The notes: generated from the sequence alone by a model not told the origin. A DNA stretch of 64,000 bases from Bacteroidales bacterium (GCA_031553535.1 JAVBLM010000001.1:129600-193599); one strand, 5' to 3'; numbered from the stretch's first letter, positions 40,047 to 50,154 are shown. A program made the numbers and translations.

Positions 40047-40301
40047 GGTGTATGACTATATCGTACTTTTGCGTACGAAAGTATCGTTCCACTGCGTACG
40101 TATGTATTGTCCACCTGCATATGCTTGTATCATACTATTTCTTCAATAAACGGACAAATATTATACAATAAATCCATGGAAAGCGAGTTAGGTATACACT
40201 CAATAGACATGAATGTGTCTCATTTAGCTGCCGGGATTTATTTCTACTCCATGGAATTCAACGGACAGAAGATCACCAAGCGAATGAGCATTAAACGATA
40301 A
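40047..40301 (+). pseudogene. Remnant of a T9SS cargo gene: C-terminal sorting domain fragment only
   Basis: ...LYHTISSINGQILYNKSMESELGIHSIDMNVSHLAAGIYFYSMEFNGQKITKRMSIKR* parallels the last ~55 aa of the 2772-aa protein (HVHSISGKLLY...AAGIYIYSMEFNGQRIVKRMSIKR*). There is no body of the gene upstream. Confidence 0.75.
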
Positions 40302-40325
40302 AATCTTTTTCATAATTCAAATTGT

Positions 40326-40355
40326 GGCTGCCTCCCCGGCAGCCTTTTTTATTTT
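40326..40355 (+). terminator. Intrinsic terminator (module copy 2 of 3)
   Basis: GGCTGCC-tcccc-GGCAGCC followed by ttttttatttt. Confidence 0.8.
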
Positions 40356-40449
40356 CTGTGAATTAGCAGGTAATACCTAAGAGATAAAGTAAATAAAATC
40401 AACACCTCCACAGAACAGGATATATACTTCATCTTGAAGGATGTATCTT

Positions 40450-40541
40450 CTTAGGCTCGGAAGCTATTTCCGCTTAGGCAAAGAAGATGCTTCCGCTTAG
40501 GCTCGAAAGGTATGTTCGCTTAGGCTATGATGATACTTTAG
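40450..40541. repeat. Tandem array of four 23-bp hairpin units
   Basis: CTTAGGC recurs at 40450, 40473, 40496 and 40519. Stems are CGGAA/TTCCG, GAAG/CTTC and CGAA/TTCG. A further 2-unit 23-bp repeat (tatcgtacttttgcgtacgaaag / tatcgttccactgcgtacgtatg) is at 40061-40106. Confidence 0.7.
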
Positions 40542-40839
40542 ATTAAAATCCTCCATTCGGGCAAAGCCTCTCCCTTCGTAATGATGCTTTTTACTGTTTT
40601 CTGCATGTTGCTTATTGCACACTCTCTTCCTTTCCGGATTGGTGCATTACATGTAAGAATATCAATTTTCATCTTTCAAATTGAATTAGCATGAACAATC
40701 AAGACTAATTTCACGCATAAATCGAACGTTATTGTCGACTTTTTTATATTTATTTGATTTTTTCTCATTCACTAACAAATACATACATTTTATTGTGCGA
40801 TTATTTTACACAAATGCTCATACCATTCATATTTTATGT

Positions 40840-40847
40840 ATTTTTGC
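40840..40847 (+). promoter_or_regulatory. -7 promoter box (TAttTTTG) upstream of the leader-repeat array
   Basis: Exact TAnnTTTG match. I could not find any other exact match between 40302 and 41780. Confidence 0.3.
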
Positions 40848-40921
40848 TTCGTAGAAACAAAATTATGAGACAAAGATGAAGAAAACATAATTAATAAAGT
40901 TATTTACAAAAATAAAAAAAG

Positions 40922-41780
40922 ATGGAAAAGGTTTTTATTTTTAAAAAAGGTTTTATTATTGTTGACTATACTCCATTCGTCAAGCGAAAGGTTTTTCTTT
41001 ACTAGAATTTAGTCCTTGCTATTCAAGGGCTAAAAAAGTTACTCTTATTCCTATTCCTTAATAATCTTAAAGAATTATTTTCTTTAAACTATTTACAGGT
41101 TTAGCTATAGTGTTACAAGTATTGCTTATTTGTATACTTAAATTCTATCAGAATAAGGAGGAAGCTGAAAATCCTAATTTACAACAGAGTAAGCATAATA
41201 AATAAAAATAAAACAAGATGAAGAAGGTTTTTATTATTATCGACGATACCTATTTCGTCAGGCGAAAGATTTTTCTTTACTAGAATTTAGTCCTTGCTAT
41301 TCAAGGGCTAAAAAAGTTACTCTTATTCCTATTCCTTAATAATCTTAAAGAATTATTTTCTTTAAACTATTTATAGGTTTAGCTATAGTGTTACAAGTAT
41401 TGCTTATTTGTATACTTAAATTCTATCAGAATAAGGAAGAAGCTGAAAATCCTAATTTACAACAGAGTAAGCATAATAAATAAAAATAAAATAAGCCATG
41501 ATGAAGAAGGTTTTTATTATTATCGACGATTCCCATTTCGTCAAGCGAAAGGTTTTTCTCTACTAGGTTTTAGCCCTTTATATCTAAAGGCTAAAGAAGT
41601 TACTCTTATTCCTATTCCTTAATAGTCTTAAAGAATTACTTTCTTTAAACTATTTACAGGTTTAGTTATATCACTACAGGTATTATCTATTTGTATACCT
41701 AAATTGTATCAGAATAAGGAGGAAGCTGAAAATCCTAATTTATAACAGAGTAAGCATAATAAATAAAAATAAAATAAGCC
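40922..41780 (+). repeat. Three head-to-tail copies (296, 280/283, 283 bp) of the giant gene's upstream region plus its first ~20 coding nt
   Basis: ATG(ATG)AAGAAGGTTTTTATT occurs at 41218, 41498 and 41781, and in diverged form (ATGGAAAAGGTTTTTATT) at 40922. The intervening sequence is collinear in all copies. Confidence 0.9.
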
Positions 41781-44700
41781 ATGATGAAGAAGGTTTTTAT
41801 TTTTGTGTTAGGAATATTATTTCTTAACTTAACAGGACATTCCCAATCGGGAGTTCGAAAATGGATAGAGGATTTCGACGGAAGTACAGTTTCGTATGCC
41901 CAGAATCCTCAAGGCTCATGGGTGTTTAACACCGATTATTATCTTCCCAGCTTGAGCGGGTCGAGTGTATCAAAGTCTTATTTGGGATTTGTTCCCAGCA
42001 GAGAGGGAGATACAATTATTTTACAAACCGCCAGTGCATATGATTTGAGTAATTACGACTATGTTCAGTTACGCTTCAGTCACATTTGCAAGGTTTCCCC
42101 CATGGATATTGCAAAGATACAATACCGTATAGCCGGACAACGGTTTTGGGAAGACATCGATCCTGCTGACTATAAAGGAGGCGCTTCTAATTACACAAAA
42201 GCAAGAGGGTTTAATGCTGCAAGTTATCCCGAATGGCAAGCCAGAGACAGTACGGTTATTCCAATGCAATCGTGGTGGAAAGAAGAATTTTTCGACCTGA
42301 CTGTCAACATAAAGAAAATGAGTGGAGTGGAAATCCGTTTTTTGATTATACACGGGGATGTCCCACACACGCAGGCTTCTTTTGGCTGGCTACTGGAAAA
42401 CATCCAGTTAACGGCATCTACCCATGAATTAAGCCCTCCTATCGTAAAGTTCATCCCGCCATCGGTAAAAAATACCGTATATACTACCGGCCCTCATGAA
42501 ATAAATGCGAAGGTAAAAACCACTACCAACGCTCCTATCAAACATCCCTGGCTGAAATATACGGCAACCGAACCCGGTAAACCCGCCGTAACAGATTCCA
42601 TATCAATGACAAAGATAGCAGGAGATAGCTTGTGGAAAGCTACCATACCGCAATATATAGCAGGTACGAAAGTTGAATATTCTATTACAGGAAGAGACAC
42701 TATAGGAAATGAGGCAATCGATATGTCTGGATATGTGATAGTAAGGCCATCGGGAGGAGATAAAACAGGTTATGTCATAGTAGGTACCGGAACAACAACC
42801 ACCTCAACTTATTATTTTCCGGTAGGCCAATATTATGGTACCAGTTGGTCACGACAGATATATTTAGCCTCCGAACTAAATTCTACCTCTGCAGGAGGAA
42901 TAATTACAGAGTTCGCATGGGATTACGCCTCAAGCGGCACATTTAGTAAAACGAATCAATACTGCTATTTTCAAGTGGTAGATGATGTTGCAACTGTTTC
43001 AGGATATACAGATCCTGTTGCCAATGGAGCTACTTTAGTATGGTCGGGCACTTTTTCTGCCTCCGGCGGGCGTACATGGATAAATCTACAATTAGACCAG
43101 CCATTTTATTTACCCCCCGGAAAAAATTTGATGGTGTATTGGATAAATAATAATGGCACATCATATACTTCAACAACCTTATTTAATGGAACCTCCACCT
43201 CGCCAACAAACAGAACAATCTATGCAGGTGCTTTTAGTACAGTTTTTCCATCTACAAGTACCGGAACTCTCACGACAAACAGGCCCAATGCACGTTTTTA
43301 TATTATAGGGACTCCCCCTCTTAATTACTCCGCAGGAACTTTTTCTATAGATATGTCCGATACAATAATAGTATCTCCCGGACTAAGTGTTCCTATTGTG
43401 GCAACAATAAAAAACAAAGGGAAATCGAATCTGGATTCGGTGACGGTATCGTATTCTATCAATAATGCTGCTCACGTATCGAAAAAACTATATTTTAATC
43501 CGGGCTTGCCGTGGGATCACAATTACCAGGATACCCTGGGATATTATGTTCCCGGAGCAGCGATAAACAATGCTATTACCGTATGGATTTCATCTCCCAA
43601 TGGCGTACATGATTCCACTACCTGGGATGATACCTTAACAAAAAATGTATATGGAAGCAGTGATCTACTGGTAGCATTTGTTAGCCCGCCGGCTAATACC
43701 GTATATACCACCGGTCCATATGGGATAAAAGCTTCTATAAAGAGTATTACCGGAGCTGCACTCCCTGTCACTATTTCCTTACATGTAGATTATACCTATC
43801 AGGGAGTAACCACCAGTGATGTATTGCCCATGCTGTTGGATGCATCGGATAATTTATGGAAAGCCACCATACCCCAAAAACGCTTTAACAATCATGTTGA
43901 ATATTCAATTAGCCTGATAGATATAGTGGGTAATACTGTCGTCTTATCAAATAGCTATGATATCAAACGTTTGTGCGAAGGAACATCTAAGGGCTGCGAT
44001 ACCAATTCGGTGGGATTGGTTTCTATCGATTCACCGGAAAAAACAGGAGTACTCGCAGGCTATGATAAACCGGTACGGGTAACGTTGAAAAACAAGGGAG
44101 TGGCAGACTTGGATTCCTGTTATCTCAATTGGAGCCTCAACGGAGTACAACAACCGGGCACAGCTGTCTATAGAGGGCCATTGCCGGATGATTTTACCGA
44201 TACGATTACCGTAGGGTCGTACATGCCTGTAGCGAATCAAAGGGATACGATAAAGGTATGGGTAAGCATGCCCAACGGGAAGGTAGATCCTGTTAAAACG
44301 GATGATACATTGACGGTATCTCCATTGGGATGCGGAACTATTTTATCGGGTTATCACCAGATAGGGGAAGGCAGAACGTATACAAAATTGACCGATGTGT
44401 TAAATATAATACGTAATTGCGGAGTAAGCGGAAATCTTATTTTGCAGTTGAAAGGAGAACATCCGGGTGCGGATTTGAATGGCATATCGAATTATCTGCA
44501 AGGATATACTCTAACAATTACCTCGTATGATAATGATCCGGATAGTGCTAGAATAAAGGTTACCAGCGGAGCCGGCATTACACTCAATAACAGCAACAAT
44601 ATTGTAATAAAAAGCATTACTGTCGATGCAACCAAAGCATCGTATGCGATTCAGTTTACGGGAACATGCACCAATGTGGTCATACGCGATTGCAAGTTAT

Positions 44701-47700
44701 TAACCGATACTGCTTCTACAGCAACTACAGTAGCTCCTATCTATAAAGCATCTGCTACAGGAGTAGTAGACAGTATATTTATTATCCATAATCTTTTAGA
44801 TGGGGGATACGATGGGTTTAGTTTCTATGGAGCTCCGTCAACTTCCGTTTATGGGACCAATGTAATATTTGACAGTAATATAGTTCGCAATCAATCTCAT
44901 TACGCTTGCGCTCCGCAACATGTTGATTTTATAAGTTACTCTCATAACACCATATTGAGCAGAACTGCAAATATAGCCACAGCATGGCATGGCTTACGGG
45001 CAGTTTATTGCAATGGTCCTATTATTGGCAACCGCATACACCAACGCAATACAGGTATTACAAGTCCCGATGGAATACTAATACAATACTATAATCAATA
45101 TCCGGCTTCCAAGCTTCATCAAAGGACATTGGTTGCGAATAATGAAGTCATTACATCTCCAACCGGTGGTATTTCCGCACTACATTTCACTTCGGCAAAA
45201 GCCGAATGTATAAATAATTCTCTACATGTATCCGGAAGCGGCAATGCATATGGAATTTATATTGTCAATTCAACAATGAATGATCTGGCCATTAAAAACA
45301 ATAACATTGTCATGACAAGTGCTACCGCTCGTCCAATAGAGTTTAGCGGTACAGGCAATCTGCAATTATATGATATTGACTATAACAATTTATATGCCCC
45401 TACAAATATAGGGTTTTATGGGGTACTTATTACCTCAATGCAGACCTGGCAGCAAACAATACCCACCGATCGTCATTCAAAAAACATTATGCCTGTTTTT
45501 GTAGATCCGTCAATGAAAACAAGTCTGGAAATAGTTAAAGATTTACGCTTTTTATGCAATGTAATACCACCTGTTATAACGGATATACGTGGTAATATAA
45601 GGGCTGTTACTACAACTATGGGATGTTATGATGTGGGTTCTTACCAAGCAAATGCCACACTTTGGGAAATTACAGGGCTAACCGACGGACATACCCCGGG
45701 ACAAACAGAAGATGTTAATGTGGTTGTATTTAATACCGGAGAAGACGACATAACATCTATCAACCTGGAATGGTCGGTGAATGGAACATCAAAAGGAAGT
45801 GCAAATCATCCGGTATCATTATCCAGAGGCGACTCTACAACAATTATGGTAGGACAACTCACCTACCCGTCGGCAAATGTAACGGTAAAAGTGTGGATCA
45901 ACAATTTGAATAATGATCCCCAATTGGACGAATATGCCGGGGATGATACAGTGAGCCGGTTTGTTAATGTTTGTAACGGAGGAGGCTATAGCGGAGTGGT
46001 AAAAGTAGGCAAGAGTGTGGGAGCTTTCCCCTCTTTTGAAGCGGCTTATCAAGCATTGACCTTATGTGGTGTATTAAGCAATATAACGATTGAAATTGAG
46101 CCGGGTACATATCCGGATAACCTGAGCATATCGAATAATGCAACCGCATTTGGGACTCATAAGCTGACAGTTACTTCTTCCACTTCCAATGCAAGTGATG
46201 TAATCGTTAATTCTACCATACGCATTGAGAATGCAACCAATGTTACCTTTAAAAACATAACGGTAGACGTAGATTCTGTAAGTAATGCCTGTGGGATTGT
46301 ATTTGCAGGAACCTGTTCTAATATTGAAATAAACGCATGTACTATTCTGGCTGATCCGACAACAACTTCTTCTACTGTCCATGGAATATGGTATAATAAT
46401 ACAAATGGTTCTGGAAATCAAATTTCAAATATATCCATTATTAATAATACGATAGATGGAGGATATTGTAATGTTTATTTTAATTATTTAGGTGGGGCTG
46501 TTGGGCAAGGTTTGAATAATATAATAGATAATAATATTTTCTTGCGAGCCTGTAGCAGCGTATATATTATTCAATACGGACATGTGAGAAGTGTATCCAA
46601 TAATACCATTATTACTCGAAATACAAGCACTCAACAATATGGCATACATTTCAGGACGAATACCTGTGTGGATACGATTGCAAATAATAAAATCTTAATG
46701 CAGGGAACAGGCACATGTTACGCATTAGATTTGTATGAACAAATAAATAGTACAACCAATGGGGCTACCCATCCGGTATTGCTTGTCAATAATGAAATAC
46801 GTCATCTTGCATTGTCAGGAGGAACTTATGGAATACTTATGTACCAAACACGGGCAGATATCTTGCATAATTCTGTTTATTTCAAAGGGACATCAAGTGC
46901 TTATGCTATGTATATAAATAATACAAGAACAACCGATTACCTCAACATTAAGAATAACATCTTTTCAGTGGAAACTTCTGGAGCGGGATATCCACTTTAT
47001 GTAAACACAGCTACACATGTTACACAAGCCTTTAATACATTTATGGATTATAATGATTATCACAATACAGGTGCTAATTTTGCTTATTTAGGAGGAACTA
47101 CTATCACAACATTACCTGCTTTGCAGACGGCAACAGGCCAGGATGCCAACTCGGTAAGTGTAAAACCATTGTATATAGATACCGCTGTAAGCCTGGAATG
47201 TTCCTCGTATGATGATAAGATGGAGTGTCCTTTGCCTAACGGTGTTACGACCGACATAGAGGGAACTACCCGCCTGTTAATCACCACAATGGGGGCATAC
47301 ACCGATCAACCGGTAGGATTGGATTTAAGGGCTCAGGCAATTACACCCTGGAATACAAAAGTAGTAAAGGATCAGGTAGTTCAGGTAAATTTAAATGTAG
47401 CCAGCGGCGGGACAACACCTGTCTCTTCTGCCACCTTCGGCTGGAGTTTGAATGGACAAACCCAACAAACCGGTATTCCATGGAATCCTGCCCAGCCATT
47501 GGGATTAGCACAACAAGCCAATGTTACCATAGGCAGTTTCACCGTTACCAATACTACCAATACATACAATATAGTAGTGTGGATAGAGCGTGCCAACGGG
47601 CAACAGGATATGAAACAGAAGAATGATACGGTAAGAACATCCGCTACACTTGTTCCTTTGGCAGAGTGGGTAAAACCATTTAATGGGGATACAATATCCA

Positions 47701-50099
47701 TCCTTTCTTTTGATGTACCTGCAATTATATATACGAGTACAGGTGCTCCTCAAACTCCACCGGAATTAATAGTTGTTACAACAATCGGTACGTCTGTTTT
47801 CCAGAATACAGCACCTATGACATTGTCGAATGGTGTATGGACGGCGAATGTTCCGCAGCAATATTACGGAAGCAAGGTTGTATATTCTCTGAATGTCTCG
47901 GACACAAAGAGTAACAGTATTTCTTTGAAGGATTCGGTTTATATAATTTCCGGTGTGGGGACAGAACTCTATACAGGCCATGATTTAGCCGTATTCTCAC
48001 TGGTATCCCCGGTAACGAATCCTGATGACCTCTGCGTTCCGAATTATTTACCGGTGCAAGTACCCATTCTTAATTTGGGAGAGGATGATTATGATTTTAC
48101 ACAGGATTCCATAAAAGTATGTGCAGAGATCATCGATCCTAAAGGGTTTATTCATTCGATAATACATACTGTCAAGACGGGAACATTAGAGTCGGGACAT
48201 ACCGATACTGTAGAAATAATGTCCGCTTTGCCGGTGTATGCCGGTCTCTATAAGATTAAAACATGGGTAAGCAGTTCTGTAGATCATATTATATATGATG
48301 ATACATTAATTACCACCTATGCATCACCCAAAATAGGTTTACCTCTGTATACGAACTTCAGTACGGGCATTCCTATCGAATTTGTTTCTTCTCCGAGAAA
48401 TGGTAATAGCGTATGGGAACATTACTATGACCCAGGTTCTACCGTTCAGCCCGATTCGGGAACAGCGATGATACGGTTTAACGGCACTCCGGGTTCGATA
48501 GCACGTTTGAGTACCGGTCAATTGGATTTGTTCCAAGCCTTCAATCCCTTTGTAGAGTTCTGGTATTACCATGACGCGACAACATCAACCAGTGACTATA
48601 CGAATACGGAGATCAATGTATTAGTGAATGATGTAAGGCATAATATAGGTACAATCTATTTGAAAGATTCGTCAGGCCGTCACGGTTGGACACATTATAA
48701 ATATGATCTAAGTGCATTTACGACGGTTAATGCCTGTATTTTGATACAGTTTGAATCTATCAATAAGTATTCGGGTTCCGCTCAGCATATAGATTATATA
48801 GGAATATCTTCCGAACCTGACGCAGCTGTTTCTGGGATCATTATAACCCCTGCACCTGATTTATGCCATCGTTCGAACAAGAATATTTCTGTGGTATTGA
48901 CAGCTACCCGCTCCCAGGCAATACATTTTGACAATGCATCGGCTTTGATACTGGACATGAATGGAATTATCCATACTGTTTCCTTACAGGGCATAGTTTT
49001 AGATGGCAATAGCTCTGATACAGTACCCGTATTATCCAATATTACTATCCCGGTTGGAATTACTGACATGAAAGCCTATTTTAATACTCCGGTAGATAAT
49101 ATCCATGCCAATGATACGGCTGACCTTTCATTGGATATACGTCCTGCAATGTCTCTAACGGCGCAATCCATATCAGGAGGAACGAATTGCCTGGCAAAAG
49201 GGGGACCGGCGCAACAAGAAGTGAAGATAAAGAATATGGGTAATATAGAGATTCCCGGGATTGAGTTGGTATTAAATGTAATGACTTCTCCTCAACAAAC
49301 CCTTACAAAATCAGTAGGGAATTTGGCTCCGGGAGATTCTGCTATTATCCTCTTCGATGCTTATACCGTTCCTGCCGAGGCACAATATCAGGTACAGATA
49401 GCAGGATATATGAGTTGTGATTCGGTTTTGGTAAACGCCAGCACTCCTGTCACGGAATGCGTAGATATGGATGACCTTGTCCTGGTAGAAACCTTAAGTC
49501 CCGATCCTCTGGATGGAGGGATCGATCAGGTTGGTTCTACCAAGGAAATAGAAGTTTCCTTAACGAATACAAGTGATATGAAAAACTATCAGAACGTGGA
49601 TGTTACTACATTAATCGAGAATGCGAGCGGTCAGATACTGGCCCGGCATGTAGATATTATCCCTGCAGTTAATGTCTCGGAAAGTAATAAGCCGTTTAAA
49701 TTCACAGACAAGTACACCGTTCCTAACGAGGGAGTATATTATGTAAGGGTGTTTATAAGCAAAGTAGATAATTATCAGGAAAATGATACGATTCTGATAA
49801 CACGTACTACATCAAACAACTTACAGGGAACAGGGAATAATGTCTTTGCAATGGAGCAAAATATCCCCAATCCTGCCAATACCGGCACGACAATACGTTA
49901 TCATATACCGGAACCGGGAGAAGTAGTTTTCCATGTTCACAGCATAAGCGGTAAATTGCTGTATACCAAAGTACTGCAAGCCGAACCGGGAAAGCATACT
50001 ATAAATGTAAACACAAGTAGTTTTGCCGCAGGAATCTATATTTACTCCATGGAATTCAATGGACAACGGATTGTTAAGCGAATGAGCATCAAACGATAA
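41781..50099 (+). CDS. Giant (2772 aa) T9SS-secreted surface protein with jelly-roll, Ig/FN3-like and CARDB-like domains and two right-handed parallel beta-helix modules
   Basis: Signal peptide MMKKVFIFVLGILFLNLTGHSQ. Repeated CARDB-like segments (...NKG..DL.S..L.WSLNG...). PbH1-type repeats (NNSNNIVIKSITVDA..FTGTCTNVVIRDCKLL; FAGTCSNIEINACTIL). MAM-like jelly roll near the C-terminus. Type A T9SS C-terminal domain. Confidence 0.9.
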   Translation: MMKKVFIFVLGILFLNLTGHSQSGVRKWIEDFDGSTVSYAQNPQGSWVFNTDYYLPSLSGSSVSKSYLGFVPSREGDTIILQTASAYDLSNYDYVQLRFSHICKVSPMDIAKIQYRIAGQRFWEDIDPADYKGGASNYTKARGFNAASYPEWQARDSTVIPMQSWWKEEFFDLTVNIKKMSGVEIRFLIIHGDVPHTQASFGWLLENIQLTASTHELSPPIVKFIPPSVKNTVYTTGPHEINAKVKTTTNAPIKHPWLKYTATEPGKPAVTDSISMTKIAGDSLWKATIPQYIAGTKVEYSITGRDTIGNEAIDMSGYVIVRPSGGDKTGYVIVGTGTTTTSTYYFPVGQYYGTSWSRQIYLASELNSTSAGGIITEFAWDYASSGTFSKTNQYCYFQVVDDVATVSGYTDPVANGATLVWSGTFSASGGRTWINLQLDQPFYLPPGKNLMVYWINNNGTSYTSTTLFNGTSTSPTNRTIYAGAFSTVFPSTSTGTLTTNRPNARFYIIGTPPLNYSAGTFSIDMSDTIIVSPGLSVPIVATIKNKGKSNLDSVTVSYSINNAAHVSKKLYFNPGLPWDHNYQDTLGYYVPGAAINNAITVWISSPNGVHDSTTWDDTLTKNVYGSSDLLVAFVSPPANTVYTTGPYGIKASIKSITGAALPVTISLHVDYTYQGVTTSDVLPMLLDASDNLWKATIPQKRFNNHVEYSISLIDIVGNTVVLSNSYDIKRLCEGTSKGCDTNSVGLVSIDSPEKTGVLAGYDKPVRVTLKNKGVADLDSCYLNWSLNGVQQPGTAVYRGPLPDDFTDTITVGSYMPVANQRDTIKVWVSMPNGKVDPVKTDDTLTVSPLGCGTILSGYHQIGEGRTYTKLTDVLNIIRNCGVSGNLILQLKGEHPGADLNGISNYLQGYTLTITSYDNDPDSARIKVTSGAGITLNNSNNIVIKSITVDATKASYAIQFTGTCTNVVIRDCKLLTDTASTATTVAPIYKASATGVVDSIFIIHNLLDGGYDGFSFYGAPSTSVYGTNVIFDSNIVRNQSHYACAPQHVDFISYSHNTILSRTANIATAWHGLRAVYCNGPIIGNRIHQRNTGITSPDGILIQYYNQYPASKLHQRTLVANNEVITSPTGGISALHFTSAKAECINNSLHVSGSGNAYGIYIVNSTMNDLAIKNNNIVMTSATARPIEFSGTGNLQLYDIDYNNLYAPTNIGFYGVLITSMQTWQQTIPTDRHSKNIMPVFVDPSMKTSLEIVKDLRFLCNVIPPVITDIRGNIRAVTTTMGCYDVGSYQANATLWEITGLTDGHTPGQTEDVNVVVFNTGEDDITSINLEWSVNGTSKGSANHPVSLSRGDSTTIMVGQLTYPSANVTVKVWINNLNNDPQLDEYAGDDTVSRFVNVCNGGGYSGVVKVGKSVGAFPSFEAAYQALTLCGVLSNITIEIEPGTYPDNLSISNNATAFGTHKLTVTSSTSNASDVIVNSTIRIENATNVTFKNITVDVDSVSNACGIVFAGTCSNIEINACTILADPTTTSSTVHGIWYNNTNGSGNQISNISIINNTIDGGYCNVYFNYLGGAVGQGLNNIIDNNIFLRACSSVYIIQYGHVRSVSNNTIITRNTSTQQYGIHFRTNTCVDTIANNKILMQGTGTCYALDLYEQINSTTNGATHPVLLVNNEIRHLALSGGTYGILMYQTRADILHNSVYFKGTSSAYAMYINNTRTTDYLNIKNNIFSVETSGAGYPLYVNTATHVTQAFNTFMDYNDYHNTGANFAYLGGTTITTLPALQTATGQDANSVSVKPLYIDTAVSLECSSYDDKMECPLPNGVTTDIEGTTRLLITTMGAYTDQPVGLDLRAQAITPWNTKVVKDQVVQVNLNVASGGTTPVSSATFGWSLNGQTQQTGIPWNPAQPLGLAQQANVTIGSFTVTNTTNTYNIVVWIERANGQQDMKQKNDTVRTSATLVPLAEWVKPFNGDTISILSFDVPAIIYTSTGAPQTPPELIVVTTIGTSVFQNTAPMTLSNGVWTANVPQQYYGSKVVYSLNVSDTKSNSISLKDSVYIISGVGTELYTGHDLAVFSLVSPVTNPDDLCVPNYLPVQVPILNLGEDDYDFTQDSIKVCAEIIDPKGFIHSIIHTVKTGTLESGHTDTVEIMSALPVYAGLYKIKTWVSSSVDHIIYDDTLITTYASPKIGLPLYTNFSTGIPIEFVSSPRNGNSVWEHYYDPGSTVQPDSGTAMIRFNGTPGSIARLSTGQLDLFQAFNPFVEFWYYHDATTSTSDYTNTEINVLVNDVRHNIGTIYLKDSSGRHGWTHYKYDLSAFTTVNACILIQFESINKYSGSAQHIDYIGISSEPDAAVSGIIITPAPDLCHRSNKNISVVLTATRSQAIHFDNASALILDMNGIIHTVSLQGIVLDGNSSDTVPVLSNITIPVGITDMKAYFNTPVDNIHANDTADLSLDIRPAMSLTAQSISGGTNCLAKGGPAQQEVKIKNMGNIEIPGIELVLNVMTSPQQTLTKSVGNLAPGDSAIILFDAYTVPAEAQYQVQIAGYMSCDSVLVNASTPVTECVDMDDLVLVETLSPDPLDGGIDQVGSTKEIEVSLTNTSDMKNYQNVDVTTLIENASGQILARHVDIIPAVNVSESNKPFKFTDKYTVPNEGVYYVRVFISKVDNYQENDTILITRTTSNNLQGTGNNVFAMEQNIPNPANTGTTIRYHIPEPGEVVFHVHSISGKLLYTKVLQAEPGKHTINVNTSSFAAGIYIYSMEFNGQRIVKRMSIKR
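44000..47300 (+). repeat. Two copies of a ~1.65-kb CARDB + beta-helix supermodule (protein-level repeat) inside the 2772-aa gene
   Basis: The marker motif F.GTC(T/S)N..I..C.(L/I)L occurs at about 44652 and about 46300 (spacing ~1645 nt). Each copy is preceded by a CARDB-like W(S)(L/V)NG segment. Confidence 0.7.
49836..50096 (+). other. T9SS type A C-terminal sorting domain of the 2772-aa protein
   Basis: NNVFAMEQNIPNPANTGTTIRYHIPEPGEVVFHVHSISGKLLY...AGIYIYSMEFNGQRIVKRMSIKR. The N.PNPA start and G.Y......NG......K.... end are typical of Por_Secre_tail domains. Confidence 0.8.
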
Positions 50100-50122
50100 A
50101 ATCTATACATAATTCAAATCAT

Positions 50123-50151
50123 GGCTGCCTCCCCGGCAGCCTTTTTTATTT
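50123..50151 (+). terminator. Intrinsic terminator (module copy 3 of 3)
   Basis: GGCTGCC-tcccc-GGCAGCC followed by ttttttattt. Confidence 0.8.
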
Positions 50152-50154
50152 CAC

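Noticed and set aside
40538-40672. 44-codon minus-strand ORF (MKIDILTCNAPIRKGRECAISNMQKTVKSIITKGEALPEWRILI)
   Set aside because: It is short, I do not recognise the family, and it abuts the 23-bp array. The evidence is insufficient to call a gene.
41150-41165. AGGAGG in each leader unit (gaataaggaggaagc) as a Shine-Dalgarno site
   Set aside because: It lies about 60 nt upstream of the unit ATG, and Bacteroidota generally do not rely on SD pairing. It is kept only as part of the repeat description.
42069-50066. Many 60-115-aa minus-strand or off-frame ORFs inside giant gene 1, and similarly 53219-63290 inside giant gene 2
   Set aside because: They are embedded in a continuous, homology-supported frame. 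No independent signals support them.
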